A DNA stretch of 64,000 nt from a virus (Duplodnaviria; Caudoviricetes), in IMG/VR virus record IMGVR_UViG_3300028805_003982. One strand, 5' to 3'. The notes under the pieces were generated by a model that was not told the DNA's origin, made no database searches, and was given only the letters and a program-made list of their open reading frames with translations. Positions 46,015-56,528 of this stretch are shown one piece after another. Position 1 is the stretch's first letter. Each line of letters begins with the position of its first letter. The translations under genes and the position numbers were made by a program.

Positions 46015-48159
46015 TCAAAGACTAAAAGGTATGTTACCATTTTTTGAACCGCCAAACCTGTTATGGCTGTTCCAACCGTAGTTCCCCTGCCTGCCGTACC
46101 CGTAAGAATCGCTGCTGTACTGCATGTTATGAACATCAAACAGTTCCTTTATCTCCGGCTTGTTCAAATGACAAGACAGTTCGCCTTCTACAAACTGACC
46201 GTTTATCTGCACTGACGTCGCATATGACACCACCAGGTTCTTTTTGGCTCTTGTTAAAGCAACATACATACACCTTAAATCTTCTCTTGTATCCGGGCAG
46301 TCCTCTTCGCTATACGGGAAAATGCCCATTAAGGGGTCTAAAAGAAATACTGAATGAAATTCCAGCCCCTTAACCGAGTGGATCGTTGAAATGGTCACGA
46401 TATTATCCCCGTCTGTCGTTGCAGGCGTATTAAGGATGAAATCATCCAGCATTTCCACTTTGGATGTATAAGACGCTGCCATTTCTTCCAAAGCGTCCAA
46501 TGACTTGGCTTCTCTTTGCAGCGTGTCTAATGATTCCATTCTCTTTTCATCAGATGTATTTCTCTCGTCTATGACGTTTTTCATTGTTGTAACGTAATAA
46601 CGGCCGAGATAGTTTATCAGATCCTTCGGCTGCATTGTTTCTGATCTTGACAGGGTCTCATACAGTTTAGTCAGGCCGTCAGCGTAAGGCTTTCCCCAAT
46701 AAAACGGCGATACCAATTCTCCGCGGCCTGCGGACATGACTTTCTTATATATCTTCTCAGCGTTGACCGGACCTATACCCGGTACTATATTCAGTATCCT
46801 CATCCAAGCAAGCTCATCGGCCTCCGACAGCTGCGCCCTTACAAGAGACAATACATTTACCACTGCATCGAGTTCAAAGAATCCTTTGCCGCCATACTTG
46901 GCAAACGGTATGTCTGCCTTTCTAAGCTCATTCTCCAAAAAGAATGTCTGACTGCCTCTGCGGGCGACGACAGCCGTTTCTTTATACGGGATACCCGCAT
47001 TTTTCAGGCTCTTTATCTGCCTTACAATGTCCATACTCTCGTCCGACGTCGTTCTGTATATGTTAAGCTTAGGTTTATCGCCGTTTGTAAAGCCCTGCAA
47101 GTCTTTGCGGATGCCTTCTTGCGCATAGCTCATTACGGCGTTGGACACATCAAGTATCTCTTGAGTAGATCTGTAGTTTCTTATGAGCTTGACCGTTTTA
47201 CAGTCAGGGTGTCTCTTATCAAAATCTATGATATTCCTTATCTTCGCGCCTCTGAACATGTAAATGGACTGATTGTCGTCACCTACGATGCACACATTTC
47301 TTACGTCCTTGGACAGGAGTTCCGTGATCGCGTCCTGGATCACGTTCGTATCCTGGTATTCATCGACCATGATATATCTGAACAGCTGATCCAAACCGCT
47401 CCTTACCCCTTCATCTGTTGACAGGAGATGATAAAAAGCGCCCAACAGGTCATCATAATCCATCATCTTATGCTCATACTTATAAGTGCTATACTGCTTG
47501 ATGATATTTATGGCATCCGGTATGAACTTGGGGTCAAGCGGTTTGTTTGTGTCCTGAGTTGCGTCAAAATAAGCCTCTACGACGTCGTCTAAGGGCTGGA
47601 GGTCGTTTATCATGATACTGTTCATTTCGAGAAGCTGGCTTGCCGTAGGGAACGTTTTTAACGATATTTCTTTTAACTTTTTCTTTATCTCTTTATCCGT
47701 CAGACCTCTGTTCATATATCTCTGCATAGCCTCATCTTTGAGAGCCTTCACATAATCTTCTCTGACCGGGTTTCTCTTTAAGGTCATAGCCTGTTCGGAG
47801 TCAGATGAGTTAAGGATCTGGAAATCTGCCGGAAAGCCGATCTTTGCAGCATACGTTCTCAGCAGTGTGGCACACAAAGAATGGAATGTTGTTGCCGTTA
47901 TCTTTGTTCCTTCGGGACCTATAAATGCACAGACCCTATCCCGCATTTCCTTTGCGGCCTTCTTGGTGAAAGTTATCAGAAGGATGTTCTCAGGCCTGAT
48001 CCCGCAGCCCATAAGATATGCTGTCCTTGAGACGAGCGTCTTTGTTTTGCCGGTACCGGCGCCGGCGATTATCCTGACAAAACCGTCAACCGTTGTTGCA
48101 GCGTCTCTTTGCTCAGGATTAAGGTCGTTGATATAATCAGCTGTCATTTCAGTCTCCAT
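46015..48159 (-). CDS. pcrA: UvrD/PcrA superfamily 1 helicase
   Basis: AGAGTGKT, TFHS, VDEYQD, GDDNQSIY.FRGA, NYRS, STIHSVKGLEF, YVALTRA. Confidence 0.93.
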   Translation of the reverse strand: METEMTADYINDLNPEQRDAATTVDGFVRIIAGAGTGKTKTLVSRTAYLMGCGIRPENILLITFTKKAAKEMRDRVCAFIGPEGTKITATTFHSLCATLLRTYAAKIGFPADFQILNSSDSEQAMTLKRNPVREDYVKALKDEAMQRYMNRGLTDKEIKKKLKEISLKTFPTASQLLEMNSIMINDLQPLDDVVEAYFDATQDTNKPLDPKFIPDAINIIKQYSTYKYEHKMMDYDDLLGAFYHLLSTDEGVRSGLDQLFRYIMVDEYQDTNVIQDAITELLSKDVRNVCIVGDDNQSIYMFRGAKIRNIIDFDKRHPDCKTVKLIRNYRSTQEILDVSNAVMSYAQEGIRKDLQGFTNGDKPKLNIYRTTSDESMDIVRQIKSLKNAGIPYKETAVVARRGSQTFFLENELRKADIPFAKYGGKGFFELDAVVNVLSLVRAQLSEADELAWMRILNIVPGIGPVNAEKIYKKVMSAGRGELVSPFYWGKPYADGLTKLYETLSRSETMQPKDLINYLGRYYVTTMKNVIDERNTSDEKRMESLDTLQREAKSLDALEEMAASYTSKVEMLDDFILNTPATTDGDNIVTISTIHSVKGLEFHSVFLLDPLMGIFPYSEEDCPDTREDLRCMYVALTRAKKNLVVSYATSVQINGQFVEGELSCHLNKPEIKELFDVHNMQYSSDSYGYGRQGNYGWNSHNRFGGSKNGNIPFSL

Positions 48160-48220
48160 AAATAAGAAATTACCTTTTAAGTATGACGTGGGGCTTTTGT
48201 TTTAGATCAGTGTTTACGGT

Positions 48221-48273
48221 GACCAAATAAGACCGAATAAAGACCAAATAATGACTAAATAAGACCAAAATAA
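48221..48273. repeat. five tandem GACCAAATAA-like repeats (iteron-like)
   Basis: Units at 48221, 48231, 48242, 48253, 48263 in an AT-rich divergent intergenic region. Confidence 0.7.
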
Positions 48274-48627
48274 TCAGAGGATAAAAGGCATATTGTGATC
48301 ACGGCAAAAACGTAAAAATGTATTTGTTAAAATGCTGAAAATAATAGTGATCTTTGGCGCGTTTTTATACACAGTTTTTTAAGTAAAAAATACAATTTCT
48401 CAAAAGCGATGTCATATTAATAGTAGAGATGGTAATCCCACAGGTTTTACACTAACAAGGGTTCTTTCAAACAGGTTGAAAAGCCTAATGTTTAATACGC
48501 TTTCGGGACTTGGAAAGGGGCTGAAAAAATTAATTAAAAAAGTTCCCGAAACTGCGGTATAACACACGGTTTAACATGTGGCGTATGCTATACTTCAATT
48601 ACATTAAAAGAAAGGATTTTTCCAAAC

Positions 48628-48984
48628 ATGAAGACTTTTACTTTAACACTTTTGGCGCTTGTTTCGATCGCGTCTTCCGTTCTCATCGGAGCTGATCTCG
48701 GAACCCAGGACAACACTGCTTCCAAGCCCGTTGTTTGTCAGGTAACTGACACGGCGTGTCTCACCTCATGCGGGGACATTCTCGTTCAGGATGGAAGTGC
48801 AAATTACAGACATAAGATCTTGTCTGTAGAGAAGGTGAATATCGGTGCCGCAGCAGACTACGTTAAGTTTGAGTGCGCTGATGATTTCGTCCTTTTCGTA
48901 GGTGAGGAGACTACCGTTTCACTTGACGGATCAAATGTCTGCGTTGACCTTGCAGAGGTAGACCGCGGAATAATCAGTAAGTGA
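48628..48984 (+). CDS. putative secreted protein
   Basis: N-terminal signal-like hydrophobic stretch. Confidence 0.6.
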   Translation: MKTFTLTLLALVSIASSVLIGADLGTQDNTASKPVVCQVTDTACLTSCGDILVQDGSANYRHKILSVEKVNIGAAADYVKFECADDFVLFVGEETTVSLDGSNVCVDLAEVDRGIISK

Positions 48985-49048
48985 TTTTGATCTTTAGTAA
49001 GTAACAACAAAGCTGTACTATCGGCTATACGGGTAGAAAGGATAAAAG

Positions 49049-49456
49049 ATGAAAGAGAACGCCAACTCTGATCCGGGGCAGATGAAAATGACGAAGAAAG
49101 AGATTATTGAACAATTAGAGTGGGTAAAGAAAAGAATAAGTACTATTACTTATTCACCCGAATCCTTTGAAGCTCTTAACCTTGCCGAGAAAGCAGTGTC
49201 TGCATTGGAAAATCAAGCTTCAGTCGACACCTTCATCAATGAGTTCAGAGAGCGTTTGAAGAGGTACGGACAAAGTCACGGTAACAATCGAACTTTAGAA
49301 GACGTGTTCCAGATACTAAATGCGACCAAACAGTCTTACGAAAAAGGTGAGCTGTCTCCTAAGCCTCAGCACAATCCCTGCAACGATATGGCAGATATCA
49401 TGGCAGATCCTGAACTCTACAAGCATTGGTTGGAAATTACCGGGAGGTCATTATAA
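49049..49456 (+). CDS. hypothetical protein
   Basis: GAAAGGA RBS. Confidence 0.6.
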   Translation: MKENANSDPGQMKMTKKEIIEQLEWVKKRISTITYSPESFEALNLAEKAVSALENQASVDTFINEFRERLKRYGQSHGNNRTLEDVFQILNATKQSYEKGELSPKPQHNPCNDMADIMADPELYKHWLEITGRSL

Positions 49457-50306
49457 GTAACTCCGGAAGTGGTAACGAAATTGCTCGAATGCGAGCAACC
49501 TGATTTGTGAAAGAGAGGTATTTGATGTGGCAGTTTACGTTTTAAGAGACAGAGACAGCAAGGCATGTGACATCACGGCTATCCTTTTCACCGGGAAGAG
49601 CGCTGATGACATAGACAAGGTTGTTTGTGACGTTAAGAACATGCATCCGGATGATTACACTTTTGACGATGTTAAGAGTGAACTCCAGAAGATGGACCCG
49701 ACCATCCGCATCCTGGAGGCATCATCGGATTACAAGGAGATCTACTGGTAGCCCCTGACACCAGGGCTATATCGGGCTCATTAACAGCAGGAGGGAAATA
49801 TGGATAACGAAGTAATGACAGCAGACATCGAGATCGTTTCTCGTTCGGTAATATCAGACAAGGACGCTATGGCTTTTCTTTTGTCAGAGAGCCTTTGCGG
49901 AGATATGGAAGCAGAGCCTTTTGGCTGATCGGAGGTTTAGATATGGGGGATATTAAGGTATATTACATTGACTTTTACAGGATGATCTGCGACCTGATCC
50001 CCTTGAGGTCTGTTAAGATCACCGCGTCTTCGAAGGAGGACGCTCACCGGAAGGCTGAAAAGCTTGCTTTAGCCTGGGGTTATAACCCCGAGAAAATGGT
50101 GATACAAAGCACCGATACCCCGGTAAGTTATTATGATTCCAGACCCCGCATTCGTGAAGGAGACATAGAGTTTATATCCGGCAGTTAAATGTGAAATAAA
50201 AAAAGCCTGAAACGGCGGTATAACGGGACTTAGCGGAAGCCCCGTGTGTTATAATATACTCGTAGGATAACAACATAAAACTACTGTTTTTGAGAGGAGC
50301 TTTCTT

Positions 50307-50951
50307 ATGAGTAATGTCAAGGTCATCGAGAAGATCAAGAAACTGTTTGAACTGTCCAAGAACAACCCGTCTGAGGAAGAGGCTCGCAGTGCTGCGTTGA
50401 AAGCCCAGGAGCTTCTTGTTCAGCATAATATAGACATCGCTGAGGTTGAAGATTGCAGCCTGGATAAGATCGAGAAGATCGGAGGGGTCGAGGTTGATCT
50501 GGAAGCAAAGAAGTGGAAGTATGAACTGGCTATCATCGTTTCAAAGAATTCCCGCTGCAAGCATTTCTATCACGGCAAGGATCAGCTCGTTTTCTACGGA
50601 CACGAGACAGATGCGACCGTAGCAGCAGAGACCTTTAAGTACCTCTTTAATGCCGGTAACAGGCTCGGCAACAAACTTGCCCGCGAAGCCCGTAAGGAAT
50701 ACGGATATGCAGATAATGTATATAACTCCTGCGTTGTCGGATTCTGTCAGGGCATAAGACAGGCTCTTGCAGAACAGAGCAGCGCTCTTATGGTAGTTGT
50801 ACCTGAAGATGTTAAGGATGGATTTGAGGATCTTTCCAAGAATTTCAAGAATATGCGTCTGAGCTGTGTTAAGGCTTATCACAGGGGTGCTTTTGAGGCA
50901 GGTAAGCAGCAGGGTTATGACGCTATGAGACGTAACCGGATATGCGCATAA
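50307..50951 (+). CDS. DUF2786-domain protein
   Basis: IEKIKKLFELS..NPSEEEA..A..KAQEL. Confidence 0.85.
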   Translation: MSNVKVIEKIKKLFELSKNNPSEEEARSAALKAQELLVQHNIDIAEVEDCSLDKIEKIGGVEVDLEAKKWKYELAIIVSKNSRCKHFYHGKDQLVFYGHETDATVAAETFKYLFNAGNRLGNKLAREARKEYGYADNVYNSCVVGFCQGIRQALAEQSSALMVVVPEDVKDGFEDLSKNFKNMRLSCVKAYHRGAFEAGKQQGYDAMRRNRICA

Positions 50952-50966
50952 AGGAGACTAAATAAT

Positions 50967-51545
50967 ATGGCTAACATCTGCGAATTTGAACTTACTGTCA
51001 ACGGTCTTGAAGAAGATGTTCTTCGCGTTGTAAATATACTTGAAGGCGAAGATCCCGAATACCGCGTATCTCGTGCCTCTGTTATCGACAGTTTTGAATC
51101 GGATGACGGGTTTATTGTGTACGGCGAGTGTGATTGGTCTGTACACAGCAGTATGATGACGGAGAACAACCATATCTGTGATGACGGAAAGAGGTTTATC
51201 ACGCTGGATAAGATGGCTGTTATGTTTAATGTCTCGTTTTTGGTCGACTCCAGAGAGCCCGGTTTGTGCTTTTCCGAATGCGGTGTCATTAATAAAGATG
51301 ACACAAGGATCGAATGTCTTTGTTACAGAGACTATGTTAGGGACTTCGAAGATGATTATGATCCTTCCCGGGGAAGTTTTTATGATTATGTCATCGGAGA
51401 GTTTCTGAAGTTTTTCAAGAAGCATTCGGAGGATTACGATACAAAGCAGTGTTTGACAAAAGAAGACATCGAGGTGTTGTGCGATGACGATGATCACATA
51501 ACCCTTCGTGTTAAGCCTTCTATCACGCCGGAGGTGGGTTTATGA
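50967..51545 (+). CDS. hypothetical protein
   Basis: AAGGAG RBS; MANIC, GECDWS, EPG. Confidence 0.7.
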   Translation: MANICEFELTVNGLEEDVLRVVNILEGEDPEYRVSRASVIDSFESDDGFIVYGECDWSVHSSMMTENNHICDDGKRFITLDKMAVMFNVSFLVDSREPGLCFSECGVINKDDTRIECLCYRDYVRDFEDDYDPSRGSFYDYVIGEFLKFFKKHSEDYDTKQCLTKEDIEVLCDDDDHITLRVKPSITPEVGL

Positions 51546-51655
51546 AAGCAGCTCCCCCGTGACATGTCCAAAGTAACAACTAAAGCAACAACAATTGTCA
51601 ACGCCTTGAGTTGTTGTCTAAACTCAAAATATACATCAAAGAAAGGAAACACATT

Positions 51656-51961
51656 ATGACAAACATCAAATTACTCACATTTTCATGGCCTGATTCAGAT
51701 TATGACGGTGAATCATTAGTTTATTCCGTCGCTATCCAGACACAGCTCGATGACGAAGCCATCAGTAAATTACTCGATGCTGTCGAAGATGCTATGGCAA
51801 ATAATGAGATCGACGAAGAAGACGGCTGCACGACTTGGGACGAACAGATCTATTCCGTTCTCGTAGGCCTGCAGGATGAATATCCGTTCAAGATCATCGA
51901 AACAAGAGACTTCTACAGAGAAGTTCCCGGAACAAACATCTCGCCGGATGTGGGTTTATGA
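51656..51961 (+). CDS. acidic hypothetical protein
   Basis: GAAAGGA RBS. Confidence 0.65.
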   Translation: MTNIKLLTFSWPDSDYDGESLVYSVAIQTQLDDEAISKLLDAVEDAMANNEIDEEDGCTTWDEQIYSVLVGLQDEYPFKIIETRDFYREVPGTNISPDVGL

Positions 51962-52380
51962 AAGCTGCATTAAAGCTGCTGCCTGTTTACAAGGATTACG
52001 GCAGGAAGAACCGCAGATCAATACAGAAATGCAGATACAGCGATGAGGTTGTTAATCTCATCGCTAAACATCTTGCCAAGGAGCCTTCCCTTCAGGATTG
52101 TACCATTGAGTGCTACGGTCCTTTCGGGCTGGATGCCGAGTGCTCTGTTTCCGTTCGGAGGAACAGCATTAATGAAGAGCCTGATATTGTAGGTTTTTTA
52201 ACGGTTACGGACAGAAGAGATGCTCAAGATAATCTTGTCTGGGTTTACAAGGATTATAGTAAACCTTCGACCGGGGCGTATCCGAAGGGTTTCATAGGTG
52301 ATCTGAACGGGTTTAACCGTCCTGTCTGTAATCTCCCCCGCGACATGTCCGAAGTAATGAGGCTCGTTTTAAGCGTGTAG
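51958..52380 (+). CDS. hypothetical protein
   Basis: ATGA overlap with upstream gene. Confidence 0.65.
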   Translation: MKAALKLLPVYKDYGRKNRRSIQKCRYSDEVVNLIAKHLAKEPSLQDCTIECYGPFGLDAECSVSVRRNSINEEPDIVGFLTVTDRRDAQDNLVWVYKDYSKPSTGAYPKGFIGDLNGFNRPVCNLPRDMSEVMRLVLSV

Positions 52381-52484
52381 GAGTCTTTTATTTGCTGTCT
52401 GTTCTATCTTGATGATCGGAGGTTATCTTATATGAATAACATCTTAAATAGAATAACATCTTAAATAGAATAAGAGGTTTTATT

Positions 52485-52871
52485 ATGTTTAATTCTGATC
52501 CTATGAACAGTGCTGCGGCAACCAAGCCCGACGGCAGGGACAATCCTTCTTATCCTGCCCTGATCCAGTGTATCGAGTCAGCAGCTAAGGAAGGGTTTCT
52601 ACAAAGAGATCCGGAGTCTTACGGCAGGATCTTGGTCTACAGAGAAAATATGGATCAGTCCCGATACGGTATTTCGGAGGGGTGGTTCTCCCAGAGCATC
52701 CTGGATGTAGCCGGAGAGATCAAGACTGATCTTCTTTTCGGCAGCGGTGAGCAGTTTCAGGCTTTTATAAAGGCTCTGGAGGATAAAGACATCAGCGCTT
52801 GTTTTAATGATAACGGTAATTTTGAAGGGTTTGAAAGAATGAGATCCCTTGATTTGGAAAGAGAACTTTGA
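52485..52871 (+). CDS. hypothetical protein
   Basis: GAGG RBS. Confidence 0.65.
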   Translation: MFNSDPMNSAAATKPDGRDNPSYPALIQCIESAAKEGFLQRDPESYGRILVYRENMDQSRYGISEGWFSQSILDVAGEIKTDLLFGSGEQFQAFIKALEDKDISACFNDNGNFEGFERMRSLDLEREL

Positions 52872-52883
52872 GGTGCGTTATAT

Positions 52884-53195
52884 ATGAGCAGATCAGAATA
52901 TAACCTTAAGGGACTGAGAAACACATTAATAAAGTACGGCACAACCGGAGACCTTTGTGTTGAAGGTACACATTGGAAGATCGCAGCAGGCGGTTACGAT
53001 CTTCTCTGGGAACTTTATTATAGAGACAGACAGAAAGGCGAGATCCCGGTCATAGGATGCTTTAGGAGTGATGACCCTATGTGTTCCGGCGAGCTGGAGA
53101 ACTATTGTCTTTCTCAGGACGACTTTAACAGGATAGCAGACATTATAATCGACGAATACCCGGTAAAGATACAGGAAAGAAGTCTGGATCTTTAA
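52884..53195 (+). CDS. hypothetical protein
   Basis: GAGGTG RBS. Confidence 0.65.
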   Translation: MSRSEYNLKGLRNTLIKYGTTGDLCVEGTHWKIAAGGYDLLWELYYRDRQKGEIPVIGCFRSDDPMCSGELENYCLSQDDFNRIADIIIDEYPVKIQERSLDL

Positions 53196-53391
53196 GTCGT
53201 AAGCCGGGTCGTAAGTTTAGTCGTAAGAAGGATCGTTCGGGGCGCATTCTTAGTGTGTTCCGAACATTATTTTTTTTGTAAAAACAATCCCTGAAACATC
53301 GGTAAAACAAGGCTTTGCGGGTATCCCGTTTGGTATAATAACCTTGTAGGATAACAACAAAGAATGCGTTTTGTTTTAGGAGATTTTTTTT

Positions 53392-53814
53392 ATGAGTATG
53401 AAGTCTTGGACAGAGGAAGGTTTCGGTTTCCCGCTTTTCGTTAATAACAATTTTGATAAGGTAAAGGCATTTGTTGCCGAGCGTCTCAGCCCCAGTGAGA
53501 GGACAGACGTTATGGCTTGTGAAGACGATTTTGAATTAAGCGAATATATTGCAGATAATACCGGCAGCACTTGTACCGCAGAGTTTATTGCAGAGTGCTT
53601 TCGTGAAACCTTGAAGGTCAACTCGCTCTACGGTTTTACGTTTGACGGCGACACTGACCAGGACGAGATGATCGGGTTTAGGCCTACTTATTCTTGGAGC
53701 GATGACGCTGACAAGCTTTCCTATGAAGAAGCTCTTAAGATATTAAAGGACCTGGCTGACAAGCTGGGCATCAACGCCACTCCTGATTACTTTACGGCTG
53801 AGTATTGGGGGTGA
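53392..53814 (+). CDS. hypothetical protein
   Basis: Motif promoter and AGGAG RBS. Confidence 0.7.
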   Translation: MSMKSWTEEGFGFPLFVNNNFDKVKAFVAERLSPSERTDVMACEDDFELSEYIADNTGSTCTAEFIAECFRETLKVNSLYGFTFDGDTDQDEMIGFRPTYSWSDDADKLSYEEALKILKDLADKLGINATPDYFTAEYWG

Positions 53815-54037
53815 TGATATGGCACAGGTCTATGTAGGTTGTTTTAACGAAGCTGATCTGAACGAAGGGCGCGACAAAAGCCTTGTCGCCCGGAAGATGG
53901 CTGAGACAGGTCTTAACTACACTAACACCAAGATAGTCTACAAGAACGGCGTTCCGGCAGGACTTAAGATCTGGGTGTGTGACAAGGACACTTTTACAAT
54001 CTGATGCATTAAGAATAATTATCAAGGAGGTTTTTAT

Positions 54038-54388
54038 ATGGTAGTTTCAAGTTATTATTACGGTAACCCGGGTAAGCTTTCAGGGATCGTTATAGATACC
54101 AATAAGAGAGTTTATGCCACCTTTAACGGGATTGATAAGAGTATCTGGTGTGACAGGCTGAGGACGGTTCCGGGAAGTGAGCCTCTGGCTTCGTTTAAGG
54201 ATGATTTCCACATTCCCGGAGATATGCTGTTCAGGACTAGGAAAAAATCAGATCTCCACGATATTTTGAGAGTCGTGGATGAGATCGGGTATGAAAGAGA
54301 GCCTGATAAGATTCTTGATTTCGGGTGCTATCAGGCTCCTGAGACAGACCTACAGTATATCAATCAGCATCCCGGAAGAGATCTTTGA
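54038..54388 (+). CDS. hypothetical protein
   Basis: AGGAGG RBS. Confidence 0.65.
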   Translation: MVVSSYYYGNPGKLSGIVIDTNKRVYATFNGIDKSIWCDRLRTVPGSEPLASFKDDFHIPGDMLFRTRKKSDLHDILRVVDEIGYEREPDKILDFGCYQAPETDLQYINQHPGRDL

Positions 54389-54519
54389 TCCTCCGGGCCG
54401 CTTTGGCGGTGCTATCCTATGCAAACGCGGTAATAATAAGAGAACAGTTTGATATGTCTTAAAGAACATAAAGAGCATACTGATATGTCATAAAGAGCAT
54501 ATTTATCGGAGGTATTGTT

Positions 54520-54957
54520 ATGAAAAAGAATTATCCCGGAGAGAGCGCAGCGGATTTCTTTGACGCTGTCAAACAGATAATGGCTGAAGCCAGGGCAAAG
54601 TATCCCGAATACAAAGATTCCAACCTGGATACGAACGGTGAGATATTCTATATGAACGGCAATGACTCAACCAAGTTTGACTGGGAGGTGAACGACCGCC
54701 TCTGTGAGTTTATGATCTTCCACAAGGACGAAATGGGCTTTATCAAGGTTTGCGCCGATACCAACGGAAACATTGACGGCTATATCTATAAGGCCGGCAG
54801 CATGTCTCCTGATGAGCGTTTTACCTGCAGCATTTCAAAAGATGCAGTCTACGATGCCTATGAATGGATATCAGAGCACGCGGATGGCCTCGATCTCTGG
54901 GATAAGTCATTGGACGAACTTAAGGTTCCGTCCAACTCCAGGGGTCTTAGCATCTGA
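54520..54957 (+). CDS. hypothetical protein
   Basis: GGAGGT RBS. Confidence 0.7.
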   Translation: MKKNYPGESAADFFDAVKQIMAEARAKYPEYKDSNLDTNGEIFYMNGNDSTKFDWEVNDRLCEFMIFHKDEMGFIKVCADTNGNIDGYIYKAGSMSPDERFTCSISKDAVYDAYEWISEHADGLDLWDKSLDELKVPSNSRGLSI

Positions 54958-55130
54958 CGATCCGGCAGTTAATGGAATAAAGGCTTCCCGGGATACTTAA
55001 TTCCCGGGTTTTCTTTTGAACGTAAAAAGTCCCTGAAACATCGGTAAAACAAGGCTTTGCGAGGTGCCAGTCTGGTATAATAACATTGTAGGATAACAAC
55101 ATGAAATACTGTTTTGAGGGGGACTTTATT

Positions 55131-56528
55131 ATGGCATCTAACATCAGTTTGTTTGATATGGACTATCAGGGTATCCTGGACAAGCTTGCAAGCGGAGTTG
55201 ACAACAGGCGCTTTCTCCGCATCTGTCACTACATGCTGAGCTATTCAAGCTATGGTTCCTATTGCTCGTATCACAAGTATAACACCATTAACCTTATCTT
55301 CTTTAATCCTATGGACAAGTCTTTGAAATATGCTGAGGCAAGTCTTACTCTGCCCGACAGATACGACCGCTACGATAACAAAGAAGAGCTCGGGCTTAAG
55401 GATGAACCCGTTTCTCTGCGCTTCCGTTCTAATCCGGTTGTTGTTAAGCCCGTTACCAAGATGCTCATTAATCCTGTCATCGCAAATATCGGCGATTATA
55501 CTTCGTATCTTAAAGAGACTAACCCCTACGCTTATCAGTTCTGCAGAGAAGCTTTGTTTCATATGCTGATGTTTAACATGTACGCCTGCTGTCCGGCGAT
55601 CGAGATACTCTGGAAAGCCGGTTATGCTTTCGCGCAGCACTTTAGAGCGTGGGGTTACTCGGTACCCGTTGATGAGTTTAACCGCCTGGTCAAGGCAGAC
55701 GGTACCGATCCCAAGAGCATCTTTAAGTGCAGTAAGGTTGTCTATTCGGTTTTAAAGAATGAAAATCGCCTCAGCACCTGGGACATTTTCAGGAAGATGG
55801 ACAAGTTCGGCATTCTTTCCAAGGACGACATGGCTCTGCTCATCGATATGCATCTGGCACCCAAGCACATTGACAGGATGCGCTATATCCTGAACTATGA
55901 GCATCACGGCCGCAAGGTATTTACCCTGAGTTCTCTCGTGAACTACCTTAACCGCATCGATCAGTATGAAGCTATTGAAAGGCTTGAGGGCATTGAGATA
56001 CTCTTTGATTATCTTCATATGTGCAAGGTTCTTGATATGGAACCCAAGGTTGACGGAGACTCCCTGAAGCGCGAACACGACATTTCCGCAAGGCTCTGCC
56101 GTGAAGTCCGCAACGAGAGATTGGCGCTTGCCATGGAAGCTGCATCGAACAACAACGCTGACTACAACTTCGAGTCCGGTTCATATCTCATTAGAGCCAT
56201 CAAAGACTATAACGACCTCTTGGACGAAGCTAAGCAGCAGCATAATTGCGTTGCTTCCTACGCCGACCGCATCGCCAAGGGCACAAGCCGCATCTTCGTT
56301 ATGAGAAGAGTTGACGATCCCGACAAGTCTCTTGTAACTGTCGAGTTGGACCCTACGGCTTCCATCATCCGTCAGAAGTATCTGGCTTACAACAGACCAA
56401 TACACGACAAGTCAATGTCAGACTTCTTATCTCTCTGGCTTAAGCACTGCAAGGAGATCAATGCGGCCAATATGGAGATCATCCTGGCAAATAACGATTC
56501 TTCTGATGCATCTGTCTGTATCGCTTAA
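55131..56528 (+). CDS. PcfJ-domain protein
   Basis: DYLHM, LKREHD, L.DEA.QQHNCVASY, IFVMR, SLVTVE. Confidence 0.85.
   Translation: MASNISLFDMDYQGILDKLASGVDNRRFLRICHYMLSYSSYGSYCSYHKYNTINLIFFNPMDKSLKYAEASLTLPDRYDRYDNKEELGLKDEPVSLRFRSNPVVVKPVTKMLINPVIANIGDYTSYLKETNPYAYQFCREALFHMLMFNMYACCPAIEILWKAGYAFAQHFRAWGYSVPVDEFNRLVKADGTDPKSIFKCSKVVYSVLKNENRLSTWDIFRKMDKFGILSKDDMALLIDMHLAPKHIDRMRYILNYEHHGRKVFTLSSLVNYLNRIDQYEAIERLEGIEILFDYLHMCKVLDMEPKVDGDSLKREHDISARLCREVRNERLALAMEAASNNNADYNFESGSYLIRAIKDYNDLLDEAKQQHNCVASYADRIAKGTSRIFVMRRVDDPDKSLVTVELDPTASIIRQKYLAYNRPIHDKSMSDFLSLWLKHCKEINAANMEIILANNDSSDASVCIA

Noticed and set aside
52434-52473. 17-bp tandem duplication GAATAACATCTTAAATA (and short repeats at 54450-54500)
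   Set aside because: Only two copies with no spacers; most likely slippage.
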